Virus record (IMG/VR): IMGVR_UViG_3300005549_000008
From: an uncultured virus (IMG/VR IMGVR_UViG_3300005549_000008)
Taxonomy: Duplodnaviria; Heunggongvirae; Uroviricota; Caudoviricetes
Strand: one strand, 5' to 3'
DNA length: 62,820 nt
Shown here: one piece after another, positions 18,159-27,928 of the stretch
How the letters are laid out: each line of letters begins with the position of its first letter
Numbering within the stretch: the first letter of the stretch is position 1
Made by a program: the position numbers and the translations under genes
The notes under the pieces: generated by a model
What the model was told of the DNA's origin: nothing
The model's input: only the letters and a program-made list of their open reading frames with translations
The model's database searches: none

Positions 18159-18951
18159 GCGCCGCCTTCTGGCGACGCCCCTTCACCAGCACGTAGCCGG
18201 CGTAGGCTGCCGTGGCGCCCGCTCCTACCCAAAGCAGAGCAGCCAGCAGTTTGCCGGCGCTCGGTGCGCCGGGCGGCGCATCCATGGTGACCGGTACCAT
18301 CGGTGTGGCCTGTTCCGCGGCAGCCGGCGACGGCACCGGGATGGGTTCCGGCAGCGACGGCGCAGCGGCGGGCGAAGCCGGCGTCATAGCGAGCTGCGTA
18401 TTGAGCGCCTTGACGAAATCTTGAGTGGGCTCCGCGCGGTCCGCGCCACCGGTGCCCACCGTGATCGGAAACACCAACTGACCACCCAGGAGCGCAGCCG
18501 ACGCTTCGAGCGACTTGCCTCCCGCTTCGGGATCCTGATCGGAGCGCATCACGGCCCAGTTCAGAAAGAAGATTGTCGGCACATGTTTGGTGTCGTCCTG
18601 CCGATAGACACCCTCGGTCGAGAAGTACTTGTACGGAGTCTGCTGGAACGCCTGCTCGAGTTGCGCCGGCGGGATCGGCTTCGTTGTCAGCACCGCCAGA
18701 AAGCCGACGGGGCCAGCGCCGGTTTGCGCGGCTGCATGGAGCTGCGTCGCATTCACCGGATAGGTGATGTAGTTGGACTGGTGCGGCATCGTCTTCCATG
18801 TTGCCGCATCGACCTGCGCGCCCCACTGACTGAATACGCCAATCGGTGGCGTACTCTGCAGCACCGCGATGATCGACTGATCGGAAAATGGCAACTCTTC
18901 GGCGGCGCCGAATGCTCGGAGAGGATCCGATCGGTAGTAGGGGTTCAACAT
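18151..18951 (-). CDS. Tail-anchored membrane protein with Pro/Ala linker
   Basis: C-terminal TM plus KGRRQK. Confidence 0.7.
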   Translation of the reverse strand: MLNPYYRSDPLRAFGAAEELPFSDQSIIAVLQSTPPIGVFSQWGAQVDAATWKTMPHQSNYITYPVNATQLHAAAQTGAGPVGFLAVLTTKPIPPAQLEQAFQQTPYKYFSTEGVYRQDDTKHVPTIFFLNWAVMRSDQDPEAGGKSLEASAALLGGQLVFPITVGTGGADRAEPTQDFVKALNTQLAMTPASPAAAPSLPEPIPVPSPAAAEQATPMVPVTMDAPPGAPSAGKLLAALLWVGAGATAAYAGYVLVKGRRQKAAHA

Positions 18952-19166
18952 GGGACACCCAGTGATCGCGCTGCCGCATTGGAAATGAACTGCTCGTACT
19001 GCTCCCGAGTGAGCGTGACGGACTCAGGTCTCGGCACGAAAACCAAGTCACAGCGGGCCCCGCTCCGCTCCGCCAAGAGGTGAGAAGTTGCGCACCAGTT
19101 TTGAGGTATCCAGTGCGAAACCAAACCACGTTGAGCGAAGCGGGAACCCGCTGAGAACACCTTCAT
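18945..19166 (-). CDS. Hypothetical protein (MKVFSAGS...)
   Basis: ATGA overlap with the upstream stop at 19163. Confidence 0.5.
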   Translation of the reverse strand: MKVFSAGSRFAQRGLVSHWIPQNWCATSHLLAERSGARCDLVFVPRPESVTLTREQYEQFISNAAARSLGVPC

Positions 19167-19987
19167 CGCTGCTGGCTCCTGCATGGCACCATCGAGCTCG
19201 CGAGCTCCGCCACCTGATTGGAGGGGAGCAGCACCCCTACCACCTCGACTTCGAAGAACGCGACCGGCACCGGGATTGCGTTGAACACCACGCACTCGAA
19301 CTGCAATGCTTCCTTCTCGCGAATGTAGAAGGGGAAAGGCACCTTCATCAGGGTGTCGCGGTTGTGCCGCTGCGGCATCACTTGCATACCGGCACCGCTC
19401 GCACCCAACACCTGCGCTGCCTGCGCCTGCACGAACTCGCCGGGCGCCGCGATCTGTCCGTTGCCACCCGGGATGAAGCCGGGATTCGGATTCGATCCGA
19501 ACTGCTGAAACGCATCGGTCGGCGCAAAGGGCTGGATCTCGTAGTTGAAGTTGCCCTGCAGCTGCGAACTGGCGCGCATGTTCCAGCCAACATTGATCGG
19601 CAGGCGCCGATCTTCGAACGGAATGAAGTCGCCGGCTGCAAACCCACTCGGCCGGTAGATATCGAAACGCTGATCGAGCATGATCAGCACCATCGATTCG
19701 GGCACACGAAAGGCGCCCATCTCGAAGCGAAATGGCGTCGTGGGGGACGCCGTGAAGATCCCGTCCTGGGGAAAGCGCCGGTACACGCTCTCGAACGGGA
19801 TGATCGAGGGGTGACCGATGTACTGCATCAGCTCGCCGCCTGCGAGATGCACGCGCGTCGTGCTGCAGCTGCTCGCGCTCGGACCGAGCGGAGTAAACGA
19901 TGCGCCTTCCTCGGGCCGCGGCGGAGGAAACGGCAGCAGGCCAGGATTATCCTGGCGAAAATTCGCAGCGATCTGGTCTACGTTCAT
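19163..19987 (-). CDS. Putative minor capsid protein (jelly-roll candidate)
   Basis: Beta-rich; terminal strand FEVEVVGVLL; adjacent to the MCP candidate. Confidence 0.5.
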   Translation of the reverse strand: MNVDQIAANFRQDNPGLLPFPPPRPEEGASFTPLGPSASSCSTTRVHLAGGELMQYIGHPSIIPFESVYRRFPQDGIFTASPTTPFRFEMGAFRVPESMVLIMLDQRFDIYRPSGFAAGDFIPFEDRRLPINVGWNMRASSQLQGNFNYEIQPFAPTDAFQQFGSNPNPGFIPGGNGQIAAPGEFVQAQAAQVLGASGAGMQVMPQRHNRDTLMKVPFPFYIREKEALQFECVVFNAIPVPVAFFEVEVVGVLLPSNQVAELASSMVPCRSQQR

Positions 19988-20949
19988 TAGTACGGGCCTG
20001 CACCCGGACCCTGAATGATCCGGTAGCCGTGGAATCCGATGGTTAGGATACCATTTGGCAGCCGAACAATCGGGTCGGTTGCACCGGCCGCTGCATCGTT
20101 CTGATCGTTGATCCCTTCCACGTAGTCCCAGCCCGAAGCCAGGAACGGGAAGTTGGCGTTGGGGGCGCCGAACGACTGGATGTTGCCGAACGACGGGTTG
20201 TTCACATGGAGCGGCAGCACCTTGAAAGTGATCACCGAGTTACGCTCGAAGAAATCGAGCGCGCCGAGCTGAAACGGCGAGTTGATCTCCGTGCTCCAGA
20301 ACGTGCTGGGCACTTCGATGTTGGAGCGTGGAAAGCTCGATCCGGCGTCCTCGACCTTGATGCGCATATCCTGCTGCATCGTACGGAAAGGTGAGCCGTT
20401 CGAAGGCGACAGCACATGGGGGCTGCCGGTACCCGGGAAGGCCTCCGCCTGCGTGACCTGCGAGCGCAGCGTGCCGTCCTGGATGTCCCACACCGAGGCG
20501 ATGGGTCGGTAGCGACCATAGGATCGACCCTGGAACGCCACGGCGGCGCCGGAAACGGGGTCGGTGCGCTGAAACTGGTACTGCGAGAGGAATGTCGCGT
20601 AGCGCGCGACGGCTACGAAGGGACCTTCCTGGCTAATTGTGATCGTGCCCTGCTGCACGGAGTTCACGTTGTTGCCGATCGGAATGTCGACCAGGTAGTC
20701 GAACGGGATGCGCCGACCGGGGACGTTCTCGATGTACTGCAGGTTGGGGTTGCCGCCGGTGCGCTGCGCACTGAGCTGCTTCAGCACGAGCAAGAGCGCA
20801 TCGTGCTCCTTGGCCACGCTCGAGAGCTGCTCCTTGATACCAGCAACCACAGCGCCCTGGCCGCTCAGGATCTCGAGCGCCTTGCGCGAATTGGCAGCCG
20901 CGTACTGCGCGGTCTGCACGAGCTGTTCCATGTTCACAGGCTGAGTCAC
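19987..20949 (-). CDS. Putative capsid/penton protein (jelly-roll candidate)
   Basis: Beta-rich with N-terminal coiled coil; terminal strand LTIGFHGYRI; GGAGGT RBS. Confidence 0.5.
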   Translation of the reverse strand: MTQPVNMEQLVQTAQYAAANSRKALEILSGQGAVVAGIKEQLSSVAKEHDALLLVLKQLSAQRTGGNPNLQYIENVPGRRIPFDYLVDIPIGNNVNSVQQGTITISQEGPFVAVARYATFLSQYQFQRTDPVSGAAVAFQGRSYGRYRPIASVWDIQDGTLRSQVTQAEAFPGTGSPHVLSPSNGSPFRTMQQDMRIKVEDAGSSFPRSNIEVPSTFWSTEINSPFQLGALDFFERNSVITFKVLPLHVNNPSFGNIQSFGAPNANFPFLASGWDYVEGINDQNDAAAGATDPIVRLPNGILTIGFHGYRIIQGPGAGPY

Positions 20950-21007
20950 GATAGGACCTCCACGTAGGAGTACACCGGTAAAAGCGACCGGGACGCTATT
21001 GGACTGA

Positions 21008-21055
21008 AGCCGCTACCCGACAGGACCTGGCTGGGGACCCTTCCGAGTAGCGGCT
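21008..21055 (-). terminator. Stem-loop downstream of the MCP candidate (terminator or stabiliser)
   Basis: AGCCGCTAC ... GTAGCGGCT inverted repeat; no clear U tract. Confidence 0.4.
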
Positions 21056-21108
21056 CCGTTGGCACGCTCGAAGCGCAGACCGAGAGGCGGCGCGCGCCCC
21101 GCTCGAGA

Positions 21109-21858
21109 CTACTGAACGTCTCGAGAGAACAGACCGTCGAACGTGAACGTGATGATCTTCTGCGCGCCGTCGATGGCGTTGAGGTTGTCGCGGAAGCTCA
21201 TCATGTTGCGGGTCCCCTGGGTCAGACCGAAGAGGCCGCTGTTGTCCTGTGGAAGCGAGAAGATCTTCGCCTCGCAGAGGATGTTCTGACGGGGCGGGAT
21301 GAGGATCGCACGCGCGAGCCGCAAGATGCCCGAGTGACCATCATCACCCTGGTTTTGCCAGTGGATGAGGTCGGTCGTGCCGCCCATGTCGCCACTGATG
21401 CCACCGCCGGCCGGGAAGTACCAGGTCGGCATGTTGATGATGCTGTTCTTGAGCCCGGTGCCGAAGCTCCAGTGCAGCTGCTCTTCCGCCTGGAAATGCA
21501 AGCGGTAGATATCCTGCACCTGAGCAGGCGCCTGACCGACACCGATACCGCCGACCTGCCAGGGAGCGATCAGACCGTAGTCGCCGTTCTGAGCGAGCTC
21601 GGTGGCGACGCCACCATTGACGCGCAGGCGCGGATTGCGGAACCAGGTGAAGCAACGCAGAGCGAGCACGACGTGGCTCTGATCGGACGGCAGCGTGCTG
21701 CCGTTGATCAGGTTGGTCGTCGCGTCGGTACGTGCGCCGTTGTTGGTGAACAGGTTGGTGATGTCGCCGACCTGACCGGCAACGAAACCCGAGGTGCGGA
21801 TCAGCGTATCGAAGAACGGCTGATGCACGCGCTCACGAATGGAAACTACTTTGGCCAT
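21109..21858 (-). CDS. Putative major capsid protein (single jelly-roll candidate)
   Basis: QPFFDT...LF...TNLINGSTLP; terminal strand ITFTFDG; AAGGA RBS; flanked by hairpins; follows the core protein gene. Confidence 0.55.
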   Translation of the reverse strand: MAKVVSIRERVHQPFFDTLIRTSGFVAGQVGDITNLFTNNGARTDATTNLINGSTLPSDQSHVVLALRCFTWFRNPRLRVNGGVATELAQNGDYGLIAPWQVGGIGVGQAPAQVQDIYRLHFQAEEQLHWSFGTGLKNSIINMPTWYFPAGGGISGDMGGTTDLIHWQNQGDDGHSGILRLARAILIPPRQNILCEAKIFSLPQDNSGLFGLTQGTRNMMSFRDNLNAIDGAQKIITFTFDGLFSRDVQ

Positions 21859-21926
21859 GGGTTGAACTTCCTTTGCTAGGGCACCGTTTTTAATGAGGGC
21901 AGGTTCCTCGCGTCCCGTTGCAACGC

Positions 21927-21970
21927 CCTAAGCCCCGGCCCCCGGTTTTCCGGGATGCTCGGGGCTTGGG
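21927..21970 (-). promoter_or_regulatory. Strong intergenic hairpin between the core and MCP genes
   Basis: CCTAAGCCCCGG..CCGG TTTT CCGG..CGGGGCTTGGG. Confidence 0.45.
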
Positions 21971-21993
21971 ACGTTTTGGAGACGCTCAACTGA

Positions 21994-23982
21994 TCAGCCG
22001 AACACTCCCTGACCGCCGTCGGTTTGCAGAATGCCCGCCGGCACCATCTCGGTGGCCGCTTGACCACGGTTGATGGCGCGAGTGCCGGCCCAGAGCGCGC
22101 CGTCGGTGGTACCCGGGATCCAGGTATTCGCCGAAGGCACCCGCTGGATGCTGTCACCGAGACCGGCCGCCGCTTCGTACGGAGCCACACCCACGCCGCC
22201 CACGCCGGCCGCCGCTTCGACGATATCGAGCTGACGCTCGAGATCACCGTTGGGGTCGATGTGGTTGGTGTTGCGCGTTTCCTGAGCACCCATACCGGCC
22301 GCCGCCTCGAACATGTCGGGGTTCTGACCGTAGTGACCCATGCCGGCCGCCGCTTCGTACGGAGCTACTCCGAGTCCACTCACGCCGCTCGTGAAGTACT
22401 CACCCAGGCCGCTCATCCCGTTGTTGGTGAAGTACTCGCCGTACCCGCTCGTGCCGTTGTTCGTGAAGTACTCGGACAGGGGCGTGTAGTGCGGCATGAT
22501 GCTCGCGCCCACGCCGTACATGGCCGAGAGTCGCGCTGCCGTACCGTCCTCGTAGCCCGACAGCATCGCCGCTGCCTTGGGTTGGACCTTGTTCAGCACA
22601 GCCACGGCGAGGTTGTGCACCAGACCGAGCGCCATACCGGTGATGAGCGTGACCTTGGTCGCGTTGTCCTTGACCGCCTTGTTGGCGATGAAGGCACCGA
22701 CCGGGAAGGTAATCGCTGCACCGATCAGCGCGCGGTAAGGCTGCAAAGCCTCGAGACCACTCGCCGCTGCAGGCTGCGCCGCCTCGGGTTTGCCGATCAC
22801 TCGAGCAAGCAACTGCTCGGACACCAAGTAGGAGACGAGCTTTTGCGCACCGAAACCGGCGAACGCGAGCGCGCCGAGCTTGGCTCCGGCCACCAACGTG
22901 GTCATGAACCCTTCGTTACGACGGAACGCTTTGCGTCCGTTGCGACGATGACTGCGCCGACGATTGGCCTTGAGGCGACGTCGACCCGCACCCCGACGCC
23001 GACGCCGGTTCAGGTTGTACTGACCTCGACGTGCCGAGGATCGCATGTGGCGAGCCACCGAGCGCGACCCGCGCCGTGCCTTGCGCCGCGTGCGCCGAAT
23101 CGTGCGCCGCTTGCGCGGTGCTGCCGCCTTGGCCTTGCGCCGACGCCGACGGGGAGCTGCCGCCCGCACCTTGCGCGTCTTGCGCCGCTTGCGCCAACCC
23201 TTGCGAGCCGCCTTTGCATGACCTGCGGCATCACCGCGCCAGTGATTGCGACGCAGCTTGCGCCGACGCCGACGGGGAGCTGCCGCCTTGACCTTGCGGC
23301 GCTTGCGACGAGTGACCCTGCGCTTGGGAGCAACAGCCGACACCTTTCGACGGCGACGGCGACGGCGGGGAGCCGCCGAGGCGCGCGACGCGGAGGAGCG
23401 ACGACGCCGACGAGCTGGCCTGCTGCGAACCACGGTCTTGCGACGACGACTTGCTTTTCGCTTCAAACGACGCATCGATTTTCTCCCTTGGGCTTTCCTG
23501 GAACTACGGTTTTTCTTGAATTTCACGGTGTAACGAGCCGCCGAGCGCGCTCGTGCCGGCCGGCGCCGCCGAAGAGGCAGCCGCCCGCCATTGCGCGCCA
23601 GCCGCGAACGACCCCGAACCGGCGCCGCCGACCGACGGATCACGCGGCGCGCGCGGCTCGGCCCGACATTGCGACGGGACGCTTTGGCTGCCCGGCGAGA
23701 CGCTTTCCCCCATCTTTGCTTCGCCCGTTGCATCTTGGCGACAAATGCTCGCTTTTGAGCCGAGTTCAGCTGGTGCCGAGCTCGACCGAGGCGGGCCTTG
23801 CGACCCCGCAAACCCGACATGGAACTGCGCGCTGAGCGGTAGGAGCCGCGGCCGTTGATGGCTGCAATCGCCGTCACGCCGGGGTTGCTACGAAGACTTC
23901 GGCCGCGCCTACGCGGACGTGCATAGCCGTAGCCTTCTACGTCTTGCTTGCGAATCTTGAACGCTCGACCGACTGCCGCCAT
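21994..23982 (-). CDS. Protamine-like core / membrane polyprotein
   Basis: About 355-aa Arg/Lys-rich N-terminus (AAAPRRRRR repeats), central hydrophobic helices, C-terminal GEYFT and EAAAG(M/L/V)G repeats; GAGGT RBS. Confidence 0.75.
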   Translation of the reverse strand: MAAVGRAFKIRKQDVEGYGYARPRRRGRSLRSNPGVTAIAAINGRGSYRSARSSMSGLRGRKARLGRARHQLNSAQKRAFVAKMQRAKQRWGKASRRAAKASRRNVGPSRARRVIRRSAAPVRGRSRLARNGGRLPLRRRRPARARSAARYTVKFKKNRSSRKAQGRKSMRRLKRKASRRRKTVVRSRPARRRRRSSASRASAAPRRRRRRRKVSAVAPKRRVTRRKRRKVKAAAPRRRRRKLRRNHWRGDAAGHAKAARKGWRKRRKTRKVRAAAPRRRRRKAKAAAPRKRRTIRRTRRKARRGSRSVARHMRSSARRGQYNLNRRRRRGAGRRRLKANRRRSHRRNGRKAFRRNEGFMTTLVAGAKLGALAFAGFGAQKLVSYLVSEQLLARVIGKPEAAQPAAASGLEALQPYRALIGAAITFPVGAFIANKAVKDNATKVTLITGMALGLVHNLAVAVLNKVQPKAAAMLSGYEDGTAARLSAMYGVGASIMPHYTPLSEYFTNNGTSGYGEYFTNNGMSGLGEYFTSGVSGLGVAPYEAAAGMGHYGQNPDMFEAAAGMGAQETRNTNHIDPNGDLERQLDIVEAAAGVGGVGVAPYEAAAGLGDSIQRVPSANTWIPGTTDGALWAGTRAINRGQAATEMVPAGILQTDGGQGVFG

Positions 23983-24058
23983 TAGATAGACCTCTCCGCT
24001 TCCTGCAGAGCGGACTAGCGGTCCTGGCGAGCCGAGCTAGTTCGTTACGGTGATCTGC

Positions 24059-24102
24059 ACCCTAAACGGGCTTTTTTCTTTCGTCAACTTTTTGGGCCGA
24101 TC
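24059..24102 (-). promoter_or_regulatory. Conserved viral promoter motif copy 4
   Basis: ATCGGCCCAAAAAG-TTGACG-N17-TAGGGT upstream of the core/capsid operon. Confidence 0.7.
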
Positions 24103-24128
24103 TTTCTTTCGATCGAAACCCATGCGTT

Positions 24129-25277
24129 TCAAGCCGCGCGCGGGCGGCGCACCAACCAGTAAGCACCGAGCGCGCCACCACCAATCAGTGCCCAGATCCC
24201 CCAACCCCAGTCCTTTTGTTGCGTCTTCAGCGGCGGCGGGCGCTTTCCGGTCGACGTGACGCCCGCTTTTTTCTTCTGCTCGATGGCGACCCTCACCGCA
24301 ATCTGCGCCGCAAACTGCGACGTGATCTGGATTGCGACTGCCGCCTTAGCAGCAGCCAGCCGCTCAAAGAACTGACCCAGCATCGGCTGGATCACCGTTT
24401 GAGCAAATGCGGTCTGCTGAGCCAGGGTCGTGCCGGACTTACACCAGCTCGGTTTCGCGCAGTTGGGCGTTCGGATTTTTGCGGCGGCCTCGAATAGCTC
24501 GCACTGAAAGTAGTACCAACGATCGTGAAAGCGCGGAATGCACAGTCCACCTGATGCTGGCGTGTAGGGTGCAGGCGTCGGCCCCGTACTGGTTGCCCCA
24601 GGCTTACGGCACGCCATCGTATCGGTAATCGGCAGCCCACACGACCACTTGTACGCCGCGGACATCGATGCAGTGCGCGCATCCAAAATACAGAGCACCG
24701 ATGGATCGGTCTCCATCATCGCTCCCGCATTTTTCAACGCAGTGGCAAGCCAGATAAACCCAGGTTTCTTGCCTCCGGATGACCTGCAATAGAGCACGTT
24801 CAGATCTTCGATCGTTTGGCGCCATACTAGCGCTGCGTTTTGTTCCGCCTTGATCAAAGCGTCATGCGTCGCGAGGTTTGCAGCCTCCTCGGCGCGCGCG
24901 CGGTTGTACTTCTCCCAGGCTTCCTTGTCCGGATTGAACACACTTTCGAACGCCGGAACGAAGTCATTCATGAACCAGTCGGCGACCGCTGCACCCACTA
25001 CTCCACAGAGCGGAGCGGCGACTGCGCCAATTCCCGTCGCCGCACAGGCAGCAGCTGCCGCGGCACCCGCCGTGATCTTGACCGCATCCTTCACGCTGTC
25101 CGTGCTGATACCTTCGGTTTCCAGGTGATGGATACCGGCATCCGCGGCCTCATTACCCACCGTAACGTCGATGGAACCTTCCGCCGAAAATCCTGCATCG
25201 ACGCCGAGCGCAGGATAGTACGGCAGAGGTTGGTAGCCACCGGTGAGATTGTTCGATGGGTACGCTCGGTAGCTCAT
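24129..25277 (-). CDS. Cys-containing membrane protein, tail-anchored
   Basis: Hydrophobic Ala/Gly hairpin, several Cys, C-terminal TM plus RRPR. Confidence 0.7.
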   Translation of the reverse strand: MSYRAYPSNNLTGGYQPLPYYPALGVDAGFSAEGSIDVTVGNEAADAGIHHLETEGISTDSVKDAVKITAGAAAAAACAATGIGAVAAPLCGVVGAAVADWFMNDFVPAFESVFNPDKEAWEKYNRARAEEAANLATHDALIKAEQNAALVWRQTIEDLNVLYCRSSGGKKPGFIWLATALKNAGAMMETDPSVLCILDARTASMSAAYKWSCGLPITDTMACRKPGATSTGPTPAPYTPASGGLCIPRFHDRWYYFQCELFEAAAKIRTPNCAKPSWCKSGTTLAQQTAFAQTVIQPMLGQFFERLAAAKAAVAIQITSQFAAQIAVRVAIEQKKKAGVTSTGKRPPPLKTQQKDWGWGIWALIGGGALGAYWLVRRPRAA

Positions 25278-25285
25278 GGTGCCCT

Positions 25286-25837
25286 CTATCCTACGATGCC
25301 GTCGGAGGTGACGTCCAATTTGTCGCCCACTATGATCGCGTGGAGCGCAGTGGGCGAATAAACTAGCAGGAAGGTTTCTCCGGTTTCCGGATGCTTGGCG
25401 GCGCCCAGTGTCGCGCGCGCAATCTGTACCTGATGAAACTCTCCACTGGGCTCCCCGTTCGGCAGATACAGCTCCACCTGGATGCCCAGGATCGGCGCGA
25501 GCACCGCAAACGTATCGGGCATTGGACCATTCAATTCCACCTTCGGACCCGCAACGCTGAGCTGGTCGGATGTTTGGTAATCCACCAGAAACCCAGGTCG
25601 CACGAGCAGATACTGATCACCCTCCCGGCGATGCTTGTAGTCTTCGAAGGCGCCCCGCTTCTTCCACTTGTCGCTCGAGTACATCACAGCGTGCACGAGA
25701 CCGACCTCCTGCAACATCACCGGCCACTTCCAGTCCACACTGTGACTGCGCTCCATTGGACGGTCCATGAAGCTCTCTCGCAACCGCTTCGCGCTATCGT
25801 AGCTGTCGCGCACGTTCACTACATAGCGGCGGCTCAT
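25286..25837 (-). CDS. Hypothetical protein
   Basis: ATGA overlap at 25834-25837. Confidence 0.65.
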   Translation of the reverse strand: MSRRYVVNVRDSYDSAKRLRESFMDRPMERSHSVDWKWPVMLQEVGLVHAVMYSSDKWKKRGAFEDYKHRREGDQYLLVRPGFLVDYQTSDQLSVAGPKVELNGPMPDTFAVLAPILGIQVELYLPNGEPSGEFHQVQIARATLGAAKHPETGETFLLVYSPTALHAIIVGDKLDVTSDGIVG

Positions 25838-26172
25838 GCATGCGTCCCGCGCGCTCCACGTAGCCACGCGCCCACCAGTAGCCCGCAAATAAACATCGCG
25901 ACTGGCGGAAAGAACATTCGGATCTTGTCGGCATCGTCGCCACCGCTGAGCCCACTGCGATCGAGAGGCACTATCACTCCCCTCGCCAGCGGTCCGCTTC
26001 CAATGGGAGTCGCCCCGCGTGGAAAGGGTCGTCCCGCTTCCACACTGGCCACCCCGATCGGGCTCGATCGGACCAGCCGCGGCGTCGGCAGATCATTTCC
26101 GATCCCCCTGCGTTCCGCAGTTTGGAAGTAGGCATAGCCGCCCCGATCTGGACGCCAGCTCGAGTAGATCAT
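25834..26172 (-). CDS. Small tail-anchored protein
   Basis: ATGA overlaps; C-terminal TM. Confidence 0.6.
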   Translation of the reverse strand: MIYSSWRPDRGGYAYFQTAERRGIGNDLPTPRLVRSSPIGVASVEAGRPFPRGATPIGSGPLARGVIVPLDRSGLSGGDDADKIRMFFPPVAMFICGLLVGAWLRGARGTHA

Positions 26173-26375
26173 ACCGCCGCTCGTTCCTTGAGCCACTTCG
26201 CTACGCTCTGTTGTTCCTCAGAGTTCATGCTCTTCCAGTAAGCTTCCAACTGTGCCGCGTAACGCCGCTCGACTTCATCGGACAACGCAATCGGCGCTTT
26301 CACGGCACGCTGCCGTTCGAGCTCCTCGAAGATCTCGACATATGCCGTGACCGCAGACACATAAAACGAGGTCAC
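26169..26375 (-). CDS. Hypothetical protein
   Basis: GTGA/ATGA overlaps on both sides. Confidence 0.55.
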   Translation of the reverse strand: MTSFYVSAVTAYVEIFEELERQRAVKAPIALSDEVERRYAAQLEAYWKSMNSEEQQSVAKWLKERAAV

Positions 26376-27316
26376 GCTTTGGTCGCCTCGCGCGTCGCCT
26401 TGAATTGCCGAACCAGGACGGGCGCGAAGACGACCAGTGCATACACACCGGCGCCGATCATGGCGTACTTCGCCACCGTCTCGAAACCAAACTGACCCAT
26501 GGTTGCCGCTGCTCGAAAAGGAGCGGTTGCAATCTGCTTGTCAGGGTCGCTCAGCACATCGATACACTGGGCGGTTGCCTTGGTGTCGCCCGAATTCTGA
26601 GCCTGCTCACACATCTGGCGCACCAGACGATTCTTGGTGGACGTATCGGTCATCGCAAGCAGAAACCAGGCGATCACGGCGCACACGCCTACCGCAAGCA
26701 AGACCACGACCACTCCGCCAATCACGAGCACCACTAGCGGTGCGCCACCCAAACCAGAAGTAGAAAATTCTGGTTTCTTGATGGGCGCCAGCGCACCCAC
26801 GCGGTCGAGCAGCGCAATGCCATCGAACAACGAGAAAATCATGTTCGCGTGCTGAGCGATGTCTGCTTCGCTGAGCCCACTGAAGTGAATACTCCCGATC
26901 GGACTGATACCGCGCGCCTTCCAGTCGAGCGGTGGCAGGTGCAGACTGATTCCGTACATTGCTGTCGTGTATGCAGCATCGATCATGTAGCGGTAGGCAT
27001 CCTTGGCGATGTTGGGCGCCACCGCATCGGTCAGCATGTCCTTACCCGCGCGCGCGGCATCGAGCAGCGCATCACCGCTCATACTAACCACACTGTGGTA
27101 GACTTTTCGGAACGCCTCGAAGGCCTGATCGCGATCCGCAACACCCAGATCGAGCTTGCGCATCGTTGCGGTCGCACGATCGGAAGCCGGAATCAGGTAA
27201 TCGTAGATGTACTCCACGGAGTACACCGAGTTCTTGCCGCGCTCGGCAAGCTCGCTCCAGTTCACACCACGGACAAGTCCGTGAGAGAGCTCGGCTACTT
27301 CTTCGAGAGAGGCCAT
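26372..27316 (-). CDS. Membrane protein with two TM segments
   Basis: TSGLGG followed by a long TM; C-terminal TM plus basic tail. Confidence 0.7.
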   Translation of the reverse strand: MASLEEVAELSHGLVRGVNWSELAERGKNSVYSVEYIYDYLIPASDRATATMRKLDLGVADRDQAFEAFRKVYHSVVSMSGDALLDAARAGKDMLTDAVAPNIAKDAYRYMIDAAYTTAMYGISLHLPPLDWKARGISPIGSIHFSGLSEADIAQHANMIFSLFDGIALLDRVGALAPIKKPEFSTSGLGGAPLVVLVIGGVVVVLLAVGVCAVIAWFLLAMTDTSTKNRLVRQMCEQAQNSGDTKATAQCIDVLSDPDKQIATAPFRAAATMGQFGFETVAKYAMIGAGVYALVVFAPVLVRQFKATREATKA

Positions 27317-27320
27317 GCGT

Positions 27321-27725
27321 TCACTGCGCCTTCGCGCCCTTCTTGAATCGTTGGTAACTGAAGTACGACGTCGCGAGCGCACCGGCCGCCAACAGACCGT
27401 ACACCCAGGGACTCACCTGATTGAACGCAAGCCCGATGTTCGTGCGCCACGCCGGCACCGGCTCTCCAGAGAGCAGAAACCGCTTCACCGAAGGAGGCGC
27501 ATTCTGCTGGATGGCCGCCTCGAGACCGGGCGGCGCCGCACCGAGCCCGAGCAACGAACCATTCTGGTAGTACTGCAGATGCCCCTTCTCGTAGGGGGAG
27601 CGGAAGTGCGACACATCCCAGTACGAACGCCCCTCGGGCCAGTTCGATCCGAGCCCCTGCAGGTACCAGACCTGACGGAGCGGCGCGTAGGAGTTCGCGG
27701 TCTCTGCGTAGCGGCGTTGCATCAC
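27321..27725 (-). CDS. Tail-anchored protein with GLG motifs
   Basis: LQGLGS and LLGLGA; C-terminal TM plus RFKK. Confidence 0.7.
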   Translation of the reverse strand: MMQRRYAETANSYAPLRQVWYLQGLGSNWPEGRSYWDVSHFRSPYEKGHLQYYQNGSLLGLGAAPPGLEAAIQQNAPPSVKRFLLSGEPVPAWRTNIGLAFNQVSPWVYGLLAAGALATSYFSYQRFKKGAKAQ

Positions 27726-27928
27726 TTCTTGCTCCCGTGGATCAATCCAGGAAAAAGCGCCTCGGTCAGTGCACCGTCATAGACCGGCGTCGCGCGACAG
27801 ACCTCAGCCATCCTTCGAATGCGTTCGCGCTCTTCCTCATTGAACTCGCGCGCGACGCCGTCAACGCCAACCGGCAGGACCTTCGAGGTCACGCCGCCCG
27901 GCGCCGGCTCTTTGTCGCTCTCGCTCAC
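27722..27928 (-). CDS. Hypothetical protein
   Basis: Overlaps both neighbours by 4 nt. Confidence 0.5.
   Translation of the reverse strand: MSESDKEPAPGGVTSKVLPVGVDGVAREFNEEERERIRRMAEVCRATPVYDGALTEALFPGLIHGSKK

Noticed and set aside
18058..19990. Long alternative ORFs 18058-19083, 18095-19129 and 19088-19990
   Set aside because: Shadow frames of the tightly tiled minus-strand structural genes
22024..23835. 603-aa plus-strand ORF
   Set aside because: Antisense shadow of the core protein gene; promoter, RBS and operon context support the minus strand
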